Positions 25,118-39,793 of a stretch of 64,000 nt of DNA are shown in pieces. The notes beneath the pieces are model-generated. The model was not told where the DNA came from. It made no database searches and saw only the letters and a list, made by a program, of their open reading frames with translations. Within the stretch, counting starts at the first letter, position 1. Each line of letters begins with the position of its first letter. This stretch comes from Octopus vulgaris (taxonomy: Eukaryota): assembly GCA_951406725.2 (NCBI GenBank), contig OX597814.1, positions 109,306,001 through 109,370,000 on the forward strand. Reading direction: 5' to 3'. The translations under genes and the position numbers were made by a program.

Positions 25118-25428
25118 TTTTCTTTTATTCTTTTACTTGTTTCAGTCACATGACTGCAGCCATGCTGGAGCACTGCTTTTTAGTCGAACAAATTGAGCCC
25201 AGGACTTATTCTTTGTAAGCCTAGTATTCTATCAGTCTCTTTTGCTGAACCACTAAGTTATGGGGACATAGACATGCCACCATCAGTTGTCATGCGATGG
25301 TGGACACACACACACATACGATGGGCTACTTTCAGTTTCCATCTGCCAAATCCACCCACAAGGCTTTGGTCTGCCCAAGGTGCCATGTAGTTAGTAAGCA
25401 AGCTACTTACCGCACAGCCACTCCTGCA
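25118..25428 (-). mobile_element. SINE family A (internally deleted)
   Basis: Reverse complement of family A tail and head. Confidence 0.8.
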
Positions 25429-27904
25429 CCACAAACCCGAACCATACATATTAAATGATTTCAACAGATCACGATTTGATGCTAGGACAAATCAGCTGGT
25501 CTTGACTTATCAAATATTTTATGAAGTGTTTTCGTTAGCAGTTGGGTCTGTTGCAAGTCTGACAAAGCCTTCATCAATGGAATATCCTTTATATAGCATC
25601 ATCACCACTTTAAGTCTTTTGATTTAGATTATTGGTTCCCAAAGGGGGCAGTGGAAAGATTCAGGGGGGGCATTGAAGAAAAGTGGGTTGATAATGGATT
25701 CACCAAAATGAGGTGATAGATGCAAAAAAAAACCCCAAAAAACTATTAATAGATTAATTAGGTTTAAGTTTAATTTGTGAAATACAGTTGATCTGAATTT
25801 GCTGCAGAAAGTGGTCTATACTTGTGATGGGGAGGGGGAGGGGTGCTAGAAATGAGGCCTGGGTGCCAAGGGGGTGGCAGCCAGAAAAAGTTTTGGAACC
25901 ACTGATTTAGATGATCAAAAGTTGTAATGTTGCTTTTGTGTGGTTAGCACAGCCGATGGTACAGCAAACCCTGTGTGTGAACCCTGCTGGGGCCATTACG
26001 ACTTTTTCTAGCTTCTATATTGCATATATGTGTGTGTGTGTGTTTGTATAAATCTCTTGATTCGCCAGAAGTTATAACTTAAAGAACTCAATACAAGTGT
26101 AGAGTATTCTCTAGCATGTTGTAAAAGGCTCTGATTTCTTGTACTCAGTCGCTCAGTAAATGAGTGTTTATGTGTTTATATTATGTGTCTGTGCAAAGCG
26201 GCAAGTTGGCAGAATCGTTAGCACACCGGGCAAAATGCTTAGCAGTATTTCGTCTGTCGACATGTTCTGAGTTCAAATTCTGCCGAGGTCAACTCTGCCT
26301 TTCATCCTTTTGGGGTCAATAAATAAAGTACCAGTTTTACACTGGGGTCGATGTAATCGACCTAATCCCTTTGTCTGTCTTTGTTTGTCCTCTTGTGGGC
26401 AGTAAAGAAATTTATATTATGTGTCTGTGCAGGCGCATGCAAAATGAACATCTGCATACACAGTCGTTTTTAAAAACATTAATGGAGAGTATTAATTAAA
26501 GTTATTAATCAGAAGTATTATTTTGGAACATTGCTTAAACAGCCATGCAATTTGGTGACTTCAACTGTATGCAGTTTATGATGTTTTGTAATAATCTTAG
26601 CACAAGAACCAGAAATGGAATCCGGAGCCTGATCTCGAAACAGCCATTTTCCTACATGTCGTTCTCAAACGAAAGAACTGAATGATAAGTGTTTCTTTCA
26701 AACTTTCATTTCACATTTCAAAAATAATATTCAGGCAGTGGATATTTCAAAAGAAAACCAAGCTCAGATTACTAGCTGATGGTCAGAAATAACTCGGAGT
26801 ACTGGAAATCAGAGTCTTTTAGTTATAATGTATATATATATGTGTGTGTGTGTCAAGGAAGAAGATGAGGAGTCAATGTGGCACAAATTTAATATGCGTT
26901 ACACATATTGCAATGCCATTTTGTTTTGAACCACATTACATGTAATTATGTCTGGCAAAATATTAAATATTAACTGAATAGTCCAAAGTGGCCTATTGAC
27001 TTCCTGGGGCCACTTTTGGCCAAAACTCCTTAACTTTTGAAATGTTCATGTTTAAATATAAACCTTCCATCATAATTTTTTTTAATGAGTCTTTTGTTAT
27101 GCTTTAAACTCTAGTTTAATAGACTTATTAAAAAATTCTTTAAAATTAATTATTTTATTAAACCCCTTCAAATTCTTAATTATTTTTCAGAAGTAATTAA
27201 AACACAGTTGTGATTTTCATTAGAAATTTGGTAACCAAAGAGTCAAAACATTTTTTTAAAAGTAGTATTTTTTTTTTATATATGGATTATAAATGCTTCA
27301 CTCTCATCACTAAACAGTTTAAGAAAGCATTTATGTATGAAGTGAAGTTTCTCAAGTCCAAAATGAATGGACAGTTGCAATTACCAATGTTCAGAAACAG
27401 ATTTTGCTTTATCTTGGGAGGGTCATTATACCAATAAATACACACATGTTGGTTCTGTTTCACTTCTTTTATTATTATTAATCAACTTGTTAACCATTTA
27501 ACAACCAATTAACTAATTGAGTGTTTGATTAATCATATGATCAATCAGTCAACCGGTCATGTTTGTCACTCCTTCCATCACCATCTGTAACCTAATCAAT
27601 GACAGGCTCTCTCTACTCCCCGTTTGTCTATCTTCTAGTTTTCAGATAATTACAATCTATAATTGTATTTTGTGAGAAATGTGATTTCGATTAAAAATTG
27701 AGAAAGTTTCCATGAAGTGAGTGAAACAGATTTCTTGGATACGATGGTTTCATAGATATTGTTGATTAAATTCATTTTGTCTTTGAAACAATTCGGTTCC
27801 TTCTTTTGGCAGCCACCACAAGAGACATGGCATTGTTGAGAAATCTGTCCAAGTTAATCTTAGATAAAATAAACATGTTTTCATTTTATGCTATATAATT
27901 AGTG

Positions 27905-28115
27905 TTTGGAAGTTATAACATATATTTACGACATTGTAAGGTAATTTGGGAGTTAGGATAGATATTTATGACATCATAATGTCATTTAAAAATTATGACT
28001 TATTTATGACATAGTAATGTAGTTTGGGAGTCTAACACATTTGTGACATCATAATGTAATTTGGGAGTTATGACTTATATTTATGACCTCATAATTTGGG
28101 AGTGATGACATTGTA
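27905..28115. repeat. Degenerate minisatellite
   Basis: Recurring tgacatcataatgtaatttgggagtta-like units. Confidence 0.7.
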
Positions 28116-28739
28116 ATGTATTTTTCAGAATGAGTGAGAGGCACTAAAGTTATTTTGCCTAAATCTATGTAAAAATTAATTTTTGAACTAATTGATGTAT
28201 TACAATTAAAATTCTCATATTTTTCTATAACTTTTTCACCGCCATCACCCTCATATATCTGTTGTAAGCTATTCCCACTGCTCTGCTTTATATAATAATA
28301 ATAATTTCTTCTCCATGTAAATGCAATCTTACACATTATTGTTATAAATTTTTTTTTAAAAGAATTTTTTTTATATCAGTTTTTCAATTGCATGGCATCT
28401 CTCCCATTTGCATCTTTAGATGCAGAAACTTGTTGTCCCTAAATAGGTCTCTGGTCGAGACTTGGGCACAGCTTGTATAAAGTGAAGCAAAGGCAAAACA
28501 ACAACAACAATATGCCTTGTTTTTAAATATAGCTTGTTGAAATAAATTTTGAAAAAAAAAAACCTGAAAACTGGTGTTATGCTATTGATTTATATTCGTT
28601 ATTTAGATTTTTTTATTTTTAATTAACTAATTCTGGAAGAAGGGGCAGTGCCCTTCAAGATTGATGTTGGTTAACATTTTGCTGAAACTTGCAAGTAAAA
28701 TGACGAAAATATGAACAGGGATGGAATTTCTGAGGGACA

Positions 28740-28967
28740 TTAACCCTTTTGTTACTGTATTTATTTTGAGATGCTGTGTTTCTTTCAATTAATTTTAAAC
28801 ATAACAAAGAACTTAGTAAAATAACTTAGTTATCATTAAGCTAGTGTTAGGAACATAAATTGTGACTAAGGTTTGGTGGAAGATTTTATTTCAAAACTTA
28901 TGAAAACAAGACATTTGTACTACAGAGCCAGAGCTGCTTTTAGCCAGGTTGATAACAAAAGGATTAA
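28740..28967. mobile_element. piggyBac-like MITE
   Basis: TTAA|cccttttgtta ... taacaaaagga|TTAA; related copies at 22215-22715 and 32205-32510. Confidence 0.75.
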
Positions 28968-29371
28968 TTCTGGTGATCAGATGACAAAAAAACAAAATGG
29001 CACTCCATCAGTTATGACGAGGGTTCCAGTTGATCTGATCTGATTATTTGAACTGCTTGTTTGTGGAATTATTGTGCAAGTGGCTGAGTACTCCACAGAT
29101 ATTTGTATCCTTAATGTAATTCTCTGAGAGAGATTCAGAATGGGACAAGGCTGGCTCCTTTTGAATTACTGGTATAACTCTGTTTTGCCAGCAGAGTGAC
29201 TTGCTCAAGGCCACAATGTGCTGCTGGGTTTCAGACTTCCGACCTTACAATTGTGAGCTGAATATTCCGACCACTAAGATATGTGCCTTCACGGTGATTA
29301 GATGAGAAGAACAGGGGCTTTCAACACGATCTGGCCAGACTGATATGCCCCCCCCCCCCCATTTTATATTT

Positions 29372-30030
29372 CATTCTTTTGTTTCAATCATTTTGATTGC
29401 AGCCATGCTAGAGCACTGCCTCTCGGTTGAACAAATCGACCCCTGGACTTATTCTTTGTAAGCCTAGTACTAAGCAGTTCAGCAAAAGAGTCCGATAGAA
29501 TAAGTTACAGGGATGTAAACACACCAACATCGGTTGTCAAGCAATGATGGGGGTACAAACACACACACACACATATATATATATAACCCATGCTAGCATG
29601 GAAAACGGACGCTAAACGATGATGATATATAAATATATATATATATGATGGACTTCTTTCAGTTTCTTATTTCTTTACTGCCCGCAAGGGGCTACACACA
29701 TAGGGGACAAATGGATTAAGTTGACTACATCGACCCAATGTGTAACTGGTACTTATTTAATCGACCGCAAAAGGATGAAAAGCAAAGTCGACCTTGGCAG
29801 AATTTGAACTCAGAACGTAGCGGCAGATGAAATACCGCTAAGCATTTTGCCCGGCGTGCTAACGTTTCTGCCAGCTCGCCACATTTTTCAGTTTCTGTCT
29901 ACCAAATCCACTCACAAGGCCTTGGTTGGCCCGAGGCTATAGTAGACACTTGCCCAAGGTATCACGAAGTGGAACTGAACCTGGAGTCATGTGGTTGGGA
30001 AGCAAGCTTCTTACCACACAGCCATACCTA
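29372..30030 (-). mobile_element. SINE family A with nested SINE family B (about 29668-29882)
   Basis: Nested copy flanked by tttcagtttct at 29657-29667 and 29886-29896. Confidence 0.85.
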
Positions 30031-30794
30031 TGATTAATAAAACAACACAAAATATTAATTAGAAATATTTTATTTATTTCATTGTTTGGGTTGGGAAATT
30101 TTGATCTTAAAAATTTCACAAAAAAAAAAAACGAGGTAAGAAGGCATCACTAACTTGAAAGACATTGATTATAAATAAACCTGGTTTTAGTCAAAAATCT
30201 AAATAAAAAGAACAAAATTATTAGAGTTAAAAAAAAAAGATTACTTGGACAAGAAAAAAAAAGAATTGTAATTAACAAGTAATTAACACAGAATTTGGTA
30301 CACATTTCATCATGTTGAGAAGAAAACAAAACTGGTAAAGAAAGAATTTTAAACACATAACCTTCAAAATCTCATTAGGTTCGTTCAAATTTTTAAGAAA
30401 TAATTTATCACTAATTAATCAAGCTGGAAAACTGCTACACACAGGAAAAATATAAAAAAAAAAAAAACTTGCACGTTGGTTAGTTCTCCATTGTCCTTTG
30501 TCACCAAAGTCTCTTATTTCACTCCGGACCAGGGTGACACATAAGCGCACACACACGAAAAAATTATTTGTTAGAAGTTTTTTAAAAAATCTTTTTTTTT
30601 AAAAAAAAAAAAAACAGGTGTTTAAAAAAAGGGAAGACTAAAATAGATTCGTTACATTAATTTCAATGAGATAAAAAAAAAAATTCAAAAAGGGATTAAT
30701 ATATTAAAGAGATAAACAAACAACAAAAATTAAGCTCTTTAAATTGTGAAAAACAAAACAAAAACCAAAAAAAAAACTCCATTTATTCTTTAAA

Positions 30795-31030
30795 TGTTGA
30801 GCTACTTTGGTAACAGCTTTAATTAGGGGTATATTACAGTCTATAACATTTAATAGGAGTGTGCTGCTAACAGATCTAATAGGGGCTGGGGCATTACTGT
30901 CTGGTAACAGATTTAATAGGGCTCTATTGCTGTTTCATAAGAATTAAAGGGGTGGATTGCGGTCTGCTAGCAAACTCATTTAAGGGTATATTGCTGTCTG
31001 ATAACAAACTTAATAGGGGTGTATTGCAAT
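30795..31030. repeat. Degenerate ~38 bp minisatellite
   Basis: Recurring taacagatttaatagggg...attgctgtctg units. Confidence 0.7.
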
Positions 31031-31800
31031 CGATGTAATAAGTAAGCATTGTATTCTACAAACACAATCCCAACAAGCCAATCCCGTGACCAGGTTTTCA
31101 TCCCTAAATCTTAACCAGTTCTACTTCACTTCCAGTATTTAATGCTGTTGAATCTATCACACATTATTGCTTCTTTGAAGCTTTCTTTACAGACTGGAAG
31201 ATATCAAAAGAGAAAGATTTGTAGAGAAACAGCAGATCTCAGAAAGCAAGGATTGTCAGTTGAACCCTTATTCAGAACTGACAGACATTTCATGAGAGTC
31301 TCTGAGTGGAGCAATTAGATAACACTGAAGAGAAATTGATTCAGAATAAACGAGATCGTAGTAATTAAAAAGAAGAAATAAATTTAATCTTTATAACACA
31401 AAATACTGGTTCGGAGTTTTTGACACAAGGCTGACAATTCTGGGGTCGGAGGTCCAGTTCATTAACCTGACTCCACTGTCCAACTGTTGCTTATTTTAGT
31501 GACCTCACCCCCAAAGGGTGAAAGGCAAAGTCTACCACAGCAAGATTTGAACTCAGAATGTAAAGATGGATGAAATGCCGCTAAGCATTTTTCCCAGCGT
31601 GCTAACCATTCTGCCAACTCACAACCCGTCTAACAACAAAATACTGAAAAATAAAAATAAAAAGAAATTTGCCAGAATATAGAGGAGGAAGAGGTGACCA
31701 CCGTGACAAGAGTAAAAAATTTTAATCAACTTTTGACACTGATCCACTTGTGACCACCTCTGCTTCTATGATGCAAACATTCCTGTTTTAAAATAACCTA

Positions 31801-32205
31801 TAGGCACAGGAATAGCTGTGTGATAAGTAGCTTGCTTACCAACCACATGGTTCCAGGTTCAGTCCCACTGCGTGGCACCTTAGGCAAGTGTCTTCTACTA
31901 TAACCTCGGGCCGACTAAAGCCTTGTGAGTGGATTTGGTAGACAGAAACTGAAAGAAGCCCGTTGTATATATGTATGTGTGTGTATATGTTTGTGTGTCT
32001 GTGTTTGTCCCCCCAACATTGCTTGACAACCGATGCTGGTGTGTTTATGTCCCTGTAACTTAGTGGTTCGGCAAAAGAGACCGAGAGAATAAGTACTAGG
32101 CTTACAAAGAATGAGTCCTGGGGTCGATTTGCTCAACTAAAGGCGGTGCTCCAGCATGGCCGCAGTCAAATGACTGAAACAAGTAAAAGAGAGTAAAGAG
32201 AGTAA
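31801..32205 (+). mobile_element. SINE family A, full length
   Basis: Complete head, core and tail ending in (gagtaaa) repeats. Confidence 0.9.
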
Positions 32206-35200
32206 ATTTAAAACTTGCCATCAAACTTCCATGGTAACTTTTATAGCAGAGAACCAGTTTGGTAATCACAAAGTTATTTTACTGAATTTGTCATTATTTT
32301 CAAAACTGATTGAAACACAAATAATATATTTCAAGAGAAATTTTGAAACCAATGAAGAATTCAGTAGAATAACTTTGTCGTTAATGAAGCTGGAGTTTGG
32401 AACAGAAATTAACCTGGAATTTTGGTGGAAAGTTTTGGTTGAGGTCAGCCAGAAGTTTGTAACCTAGAACTGGGGGCAGAAGTCTCAGCCAGGTTGGTAT
32501 TAAGGGTTAAATCAAACACAGACAAAACCCTTGATATTTAAATAAATAAAATTAAATAGAGATGTTGTGGTATTCATTATCTTCTCAAGAGCATATTAGT
32601 ACACAGAAAGTAGAGTCAATTCAACTGAGAAGAGAAAATGAAGTCATGATTTAAGATTTCCAGTTGCTGAGACCAAAATTTGTCACCCAACCCAGCCCCA
32701 TTCCATAATCTGGTGTGTGTGGAGGGGATAGTAATGTAGTGTAAAGGTCTCTTATTCTATGTTGGCTGATGGGATCCACAATAAAGATTTCTCTTTAGTT
32801 TCTGTGGCCATGCTGGGGCACCACTTTCTTTTCTTTTTTTTTTTTTACTAACTAGAAAAAAAATATATTTAGTAATTCCTATTTGACCCTTGAAATAAAG
32901 CAATGATCTGAGTTGGAATCAAGTTCTCGAGGACAAGAAATTAAGATTATCACATTAAAAAAAAAAAAAGAAGACAAATTATAAAACTACAACAATTGCT
33001 TGATTTTGTATTTTGGTTTTCAAGATTCTTGATGTGAACCTCTGAGTTGAAACAGATCTTATTGTGCCCCAGGAGGGTCATTGTGCCAATAACCAACACA
33101 CTGATTCTCTTCATTATTATTATCATTATTAGTTGTTATTCTCAGTCTGTTTCATCTGAAACAGAACTGGAGTAACAAGTCCAGGCCATGGAATAACAAG
33201 GATATAATACTGATGAAGACATGAATAACGACAAAAAGACTGATCAATCATCCAATCAATCAATCAGCTGGTTTAGCAAACGACTGATCAAGCAACTGAG
33301 CAGATAATTGATTAATTAATTGACTAATAATAATGGTTTCAGCACAAGGCCGATAATTTTAGGTGGGAATAGATTACACTGACCCCAATTCTCAACTGGT
33401 ACCTTATGTTATTCACCCTGAAAGGGATGAAGGGTAAAGTTGACCTCAATGGGGATACAGAATCAGTGTTTCTTATTGGCAAAAATTACCTCATCCGCCT
33501 ACACACCCAGTATAAAACAGCAAGTGTAAATAGTGGGATAAACCAGGAAATTAAAGGAGAAAATGTGTTCCTATGTGAATGTATTAGAGATAGACAGAAT
33601 TGAATGGTTGATCAATAAAGAGGGAAATAAGCAATAACTAGAGCTGTTTCATATAAATTTTTGAAGTAATAAACATTAATTCAGCTGGATATTATTATTA
33701 TTATTATTATGATTAAGGCAGTGAGCTGGCAGAATCGTTAGCACACTGGACAAAATGCTTACCAGCGTTTCGTCTATCTTTACATTCTGAGTTCAAATTC
33801 TGCCAAGGTTGACTTCGCCTTTCATCCTTTCAGGGTCGATAAATTAAGTACCAGTCTAGTACCTGGGTTGATGTAATCAACAAGTTTTCTCCCCCCAAAT
33901 TTCAGGCCTTGTGCCTTTCGTAGAAAGGATTATTATTATTATTGTTGTGTCAAGCCAGCAGAATTATTAGCATATCAGACAAAATGTATTGTGGCATTTT
34001 TTCCAGCTTAAATCCTGCCAAGGTGGACTTTGCCTTCCTTCCTTTCGGGGTGGTGGTGTTTCCATAAAATAAGGTACCAGTTAAGTACTGAGGTTGATGT
34101 AATTGACTTGCCCTCTAACTCCAAACTTCAGGTTTTGGGCCTTGAGCAGAAGCAGTTATCATTTGTAATTTAACATGTTGGGAAAGTTATTGCCTTGATC
34201 GATCTGTGTGGCGTAAAATGTGTCATGATATATCTAAACAATTTTGAACTGAAGAAACTGGACAATAAAAGAATTCCATCCTGCAATCTACAGACACATC
34301 TGTCCAATCCCAGGCAAAATCAAAATCATAGCAAAATCCAAACCTGGATTCTAATTACATTCAAGCATCCATCGCAAATAGATGCAGCTTCTTTTGTTTT
34401 TAATCCTTTCCTTCAAACACTCGTACATCATGGGAGTGACCATTGTCACATGTAAGAGTAACAAAATCAATATAAAATGCTCTGATATTTTAATTTTAAT
34501 TCTATAAAAGGGAAATGGTGTAAATTTTAACCTATTTTATACTTGCTATTAATGAAACATTGTTGAATTTTAGAGAAAATATTTAGAATATATTTCCATT
34601 TCTTTAAATTAAAATGGAATCAAGGACTTAATAAAAAATAGAGCCATAATCAATGGTTTCAAATTTTGGTACAAGGCCAGCAATTTTAGAAGAGGGAAGT
34701 CAATCACATTGACCCCCCCCCCACCTGTAGTGCCTAACCGATACATATTTTGTTAACCCCAGAAGGATGGAAAGCAAAGTCGACCCTGGTGCAATTTGAA
34801 CTCAGAATATACTGAATTGGAAAAAATATTTTCTCCAATGCTGTAATGCTCCAGTTAGCACAGCACCTAAACATATCTATAATTGATAATATACAGCAAA
34901 TGAAAGGAAAGATTTCAAATTCAAAATCAGTGAGATTCCACAAATAAGACCAGAATATTTCATATTAAAATGTTAGTAATTTCCTTAAAGATATTTTAAG
35001 ACATTTCCCATTTTGTGAAGAAAAAAAAAGTCAAAAAAGGGTAAGAGAGTATCTTAATAAAAGTGTAAAAATAAAAAAAATATTTTGAAACAAAACAAAA
35101 ACTATTGTCAAAGAAATGTAATTCCCTTCTTTCTGAGATCAACCGTTTCTATTTGAGATGAAAAGATTCTCTAATTTCCATTTTTTTTTTGTTGCAGATA

Positions 35201-36104
35201 GGCGAGGGCATGGCCATGCAGTCAAGAAGCTTGTTTTCCAACCATAGAGACTTGGGTTCAGTCCTCCTATACAGAACTTTGAGCAAGTGACTTTCACTTT
35301 AGCCCTAGGCCTACCAAAGCCTTGTAAGTGGATTTGGATAGATGGGAACTGAAAGATGTCTGTTATTAGTGAGTTTGTGTGAATTCTTCTCTTGGTTTCA
35401 TGTAACGGTTGTAAATGAGCCTCACCCTTATACAAGTAGTGTTATTCATTTTCAGTCTTCCATGAAAAACATGTCTGACCATAGGGAAATATTACCTTGC
35501 TTGGAAACAGGCGAAGGTTAGTGACAAGAAGTGCATCCAACTGTGAAAAATCGGCTCCAACAAATTCTATTTGATCCATGCAAGCATGGAAGATTGGACA
35601 TTAAAATGATGGTAATAGTGCTGTGTAAAGAAGCACTGGTGCTGGTGCCACATAAAAAGTATTCTGTCGAGTGGTTGGCATTAGGAAGGGCACCCAGTTA
35701 CAGGAACTGTGCCAAAATGAACAATGGAACCTGGTGCAGTCCTTTGGCTTGCCAGCTCCTGTCAAATCATACAACCCATACCAGCATGGAAAACAGATGT
35801 TAAATGATAATGATGATGATGACAACTGTGGTCTAAAACAACTGAAATCACAGAGATGACCACAGTTGGATTGGCTTGGAATATGGTGAAACCAAAACAT
35901 ACAGTAATACTTGTAGAAGACTTTGCATTTATCAACCCCTCTAATGATAAAGATACTATATTTATATTTAACGAATTGCTACTAAATAATTTATATTTAA
36001 TTCACTATTAGCTGCAAGCATTTTTTTGTCAATACACTCATGAAATAAATATAATTGGTATGAAGAAATACTGGACGACAAAACTTAATAGAAATATTTT
36101 TAAT

Positions 36105-36325
36105 TTAACCCTTTAGCATTTAAACTGGCCATATTGAGCCAAAACATTGACCGGTTTTATATTTAAACCGGCCAGAACTGGCCTCTCACACCTCCCTTAT
36201 CCTAAAAAAATAAACAACCACATCATCAAAATCTATGAGATCTACAAGATAATGCGTAATAATTGAAAACATTGTGAATAAATAAGCATTGCATTTGGTA
36301 TGTAATCTGAATGCTAAAGGGTTAA
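36105..36325. mobile_element. piggyBac-like MITE (second family)
   Basis: TTAA|ccctttagcatt ... aatgctaaaggg|TTAA. Confidence 0.85.
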
Positions 36326-36445
36326 TAGTTAATTAAATTTAAAGATACAGATAAGGAAATAATTTTATTCTCAAACATAGGATAATGCTAATAATATAGC
36401 ATGAACAGGATAAGCTACCCATATTTTGCGGAAAAATCTGTCAGC

Positions 36446-36518
36446 GGCCAGCCATGAGACTTGAACTCACGTCCCTGTGATTATGCATCCAGTGCTTTAC
36501 CATTAAGCTAAACCGACC
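36446..36518 (-). pseudogene. tRNA-like sequence (CAT anticodon position), probably a SINE-type head
   Basis: Cloverleaf with D stem GCTT/AAGC, T stem GTGAG/CTCAT and loop TTCAAGT; wobble-rich acceptor stem, bulged anticodon stem, G instead of U33. Confidence 0.65.
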
Positions 36519-38719
36519 CAACAACAAATTCCTTATCTGTATCTTTTAATACATCTCAATGCTTCTAAAGCAAACTTTGTTTCTTGACTTTCAAAGTAAG
36601 TTGAATTTAACGTAATTAAATTTAATTTCATCTCTGAAAGAAAGTCTTCAGAATTTGGTTTTTCTAAACCTGATGAAGTATAATTTATAGTATTTCTGGA
36701 AATGTTGCTTTCAACTTAGAATTCTTTTGAAATATATATATATATCAAAGAGCAGTAGCACTTAGAGAATTGATTGAAAAAACAAAAAAAAAAACAAACT
36801 AAAAAACACACTAACTCTTTAAGAATAAATTCAAAAAAGAAACAAAAAAATACAGCAAAATTCTACATTTAAACTGAAGTTTACATTTAACATTTTTTCA
36901 GACATAAAATTAAAAAAACACAACAAAAACAATAAATAATATTGAAACATCTCAACCACGAGCAGAATAATAATAATAATAATAATAGTAATCATAATAA
37001 TAATCATAATAATGATGATGATGATGATGATCTGTAAACAAGTGTCACCTGAGTCTACTGGTTGTCAACAGCTGACACTTCCAACACACCCAGCAAAATG
37101 AAGCTGAGATTTTTCACAATAATAATAATAATAATAATAATAATAATTCAAAAGACATACACCATAAAGTATTGCTGAAATATTTCTGTCCTTCAAGGAA
37201 AAAAATTGTGAGGGTTAAGGAACAGAATGTCCCAGGATGGTAGCAAAAATCACAAATGTAAAAAAATAGACAGAGGTAAATTTTGTAAAATAAAAAGAAA
37301 AAGAATATTAAAAGGTGGATTTTATGATGATAAAATGTGAAACGAATAAATAGCGTAAGGTATGTTTTTTTTTGTTGGTGTTTTTCATTTTTTAGAAAAT
37401 GTTGAAATAAAATAAAGTTGGAAAAAAAAAAAAAAAAAGAAAACGGCATCAGATATAAGATGAGTCTTATCAATGCCTGACATCACAGTTTCTGACTAGT
37501 TTGACTAGAAAAGGGGGAAGGGTGGGGAGGTCAATGAAATCCAAGAACTTTTCCTTTCTTTGATTCTAGATCCCAATATTTGATAACAAAAGAAAGTTTC
37601 TTTGTTTAATAAGATTAACGAGTTGCATTGATTTCAACTTGTTTATGATATGCACATTTCTCATGCACTAATTATCTAGAATTCATTTTTCTATTTTTGT
37701 TTTTGAAAAAAAAAAAAAAAAAAAAACCGGGAGAAATTAGAAAATAATTTTCTAGTCTTTCTTTTTTAATTTTCATTATTTTTTTTAAGATCCAACAAAG
37801 TCTTAAAAAAAAAAAACTGAGAGAGAAATTTATGAACAGGAAAAAAAGTATATTTAAAATGTCGAATATATTTCACGAGTTAAATCTGTTTTTGAAAAAG
37901 AAAAAAAAAGACAAATTTAATATTTTATTTGCTTTTTTGTATGTTATTTTCATATTAACTAGGAAACTAAGATTTACAAAGCTGAAGTCTTTTATAAGGC
38001 AATTTAAGAGACAAACGTAAGAAGAGGCTACATGATCTAAAAGATGGAATTATTTCTGAAGACAGGAAGAGGTGGGGATTCGTCTAGAAGTCCTTTCAGT
38101 CTCTTTAGAAATTTATTTATAAATTAAGCTACCTAAAACAAAATTTAATTATTATGTCAATAAAAGTCAATGTTTTGAAATGGTAAACAAAATGTATTTG
38201 CAACCAAATCTGTGTCTGAACGTATAAAAGACAAATATCCAAGGAAATAGAGAGAGCAGGTGAGAATGTTGATGTGGAAAATATAGAAAGGATTTTGTAC
38301 GAATAAAGTAGTCAAGCAGAAATCTGTTTACGCAAGGGAGTTGCATATTAAATACATTAGTTAAGGAGGTGAGTGTGTATATAATGCTAATGTCAGGGTA
38401 AAATATGTAAACTAATTATTTCTGAAGTTTGAAAGCGGATGCAACGGAGAGGAGTCCCAACTAGATGGAAACTCCAAGTGGTTTAAATGCACAATTCTCC
38501 GATATCCAAAGAGCTAAAAAGTGTCAGCAGAAGGGTACCCAGGAATTGTGACCTGGGTGCACCCCCCCACCCTCCGCTGCCCTTACAGTGTAAGAAGTTA
38601 AGGGCTGAAACACTTGCCCGAGGGGAGGTTTCTTCTCTGAAGACCTTCTACTGTTCAGCTCTCTTGAGAGTTTCTTACTGCTAAACATATTCAACGATTT
38701 TCAAATATCTTTTCGTCAT

Positions 38720-38960
38720 TTCCATTCACTCTTGTTACGTGGTCTTGCCAGCAGGGTCTTCTCAGGCATCCTTGGTGGAACACATCAAGCTTTCTCTTGC
38801 TTTCCACAGTGTTCTTTTATGGTTCATACAGAAGTAGCATGAAAGAGTCAGGTCTTTGACAAAGAACATTCATAACCAACACGATTGAGGCCAATAACAC
38901 ATGGCTGGATGCAGAGAAAAGTGAAGCCAACAGAAACCGGTGGCATCAACTTGCTGCCCA
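38720..38960 (-). mobile_element. Old RTE LINE fragment
   Basis: Minus frame TVESKRKLDVFHQGCLRR..WQDHVT, typical of the RTE post-RT region. Confidence 0.6.
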
Positions 38961-39793
38961 ATGTGTTCAAGAGCAAAAGAGCAACTGATACTTGGACATG
39001 CAATTTTAGCAATTGTATATTTAAGAATATCGTTATAAAGATTCATTTTGGTGTGTGTGAATTTACAGAAATATATTTTTAAAATATCATTTAAAACATA
39101 AATGTATTTCTATCTCAATTAATTATAAACTTAATTTTTAATGCTTATTGGTTATTTTTCCAATCTAAAATTCACTAAAAACTAAAATCTATATTTTTGC
39201 TGGTTGGAGAAACAGACCAATGAACCATTTATTAAATTAACTCTGTTGTTCTACAAGGACCTGAAGAGAGAGTATATAATCCAGTGTATAGACTTAGTTG
39301 AATACTTACACATGGATAGAATTCAGAATATACTTATTAATACCGAGAAGAAAATGACATTTTTTTCCTTTTTTTATTATTATTCAAAAGAAGTTGTTAA
39401 ATATATTTGTGCTTTTTTAGAGCCTCAAGTTTTTTTTTTTTTTTGTTCGAGGATCCTCAAATATTGTTTTCTTTTCCGAAGATGAAAAAAAAAAAATTTT
39501 CTTTGATATTCCCCACCAAATATTATTCTGAGATTTCACTTAAAAATAGATGTTTTCATTTCATTTCATATGTTTTATGTTCTTTAATTTCTTTTAAAAA
39601 AAAACACAAACCATGTTTTTTTTTCCTCATTTCTGAAGTGGCTAAAAGATTGAAAAATATTGAGAAAAATCAATGTCTTTAATTTTATTTCTCTAAAATT
39701 TTCTGTGATTTTATCTAAAGATGGCGACAGCGGCGTTGGTGGCATTGGTGGTGATATTTCTCGGGTGCGGTGCAATGAGTTAGAGATGTGAAT

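Noticed and set aside
26770-26825. ctgatgg...ctggaaa...gtc hammerhead-like string
   Set aside because: Core is mismatched and helices I and III cannot be built convincingly.
31193-31320. Good acceptor (ctttctttacag) followed by a 41-codon open frame LEDIKREKIC...WSN*
   Set aside because: No homology recognised and no upstream exon to connect; would need transcript evidence.
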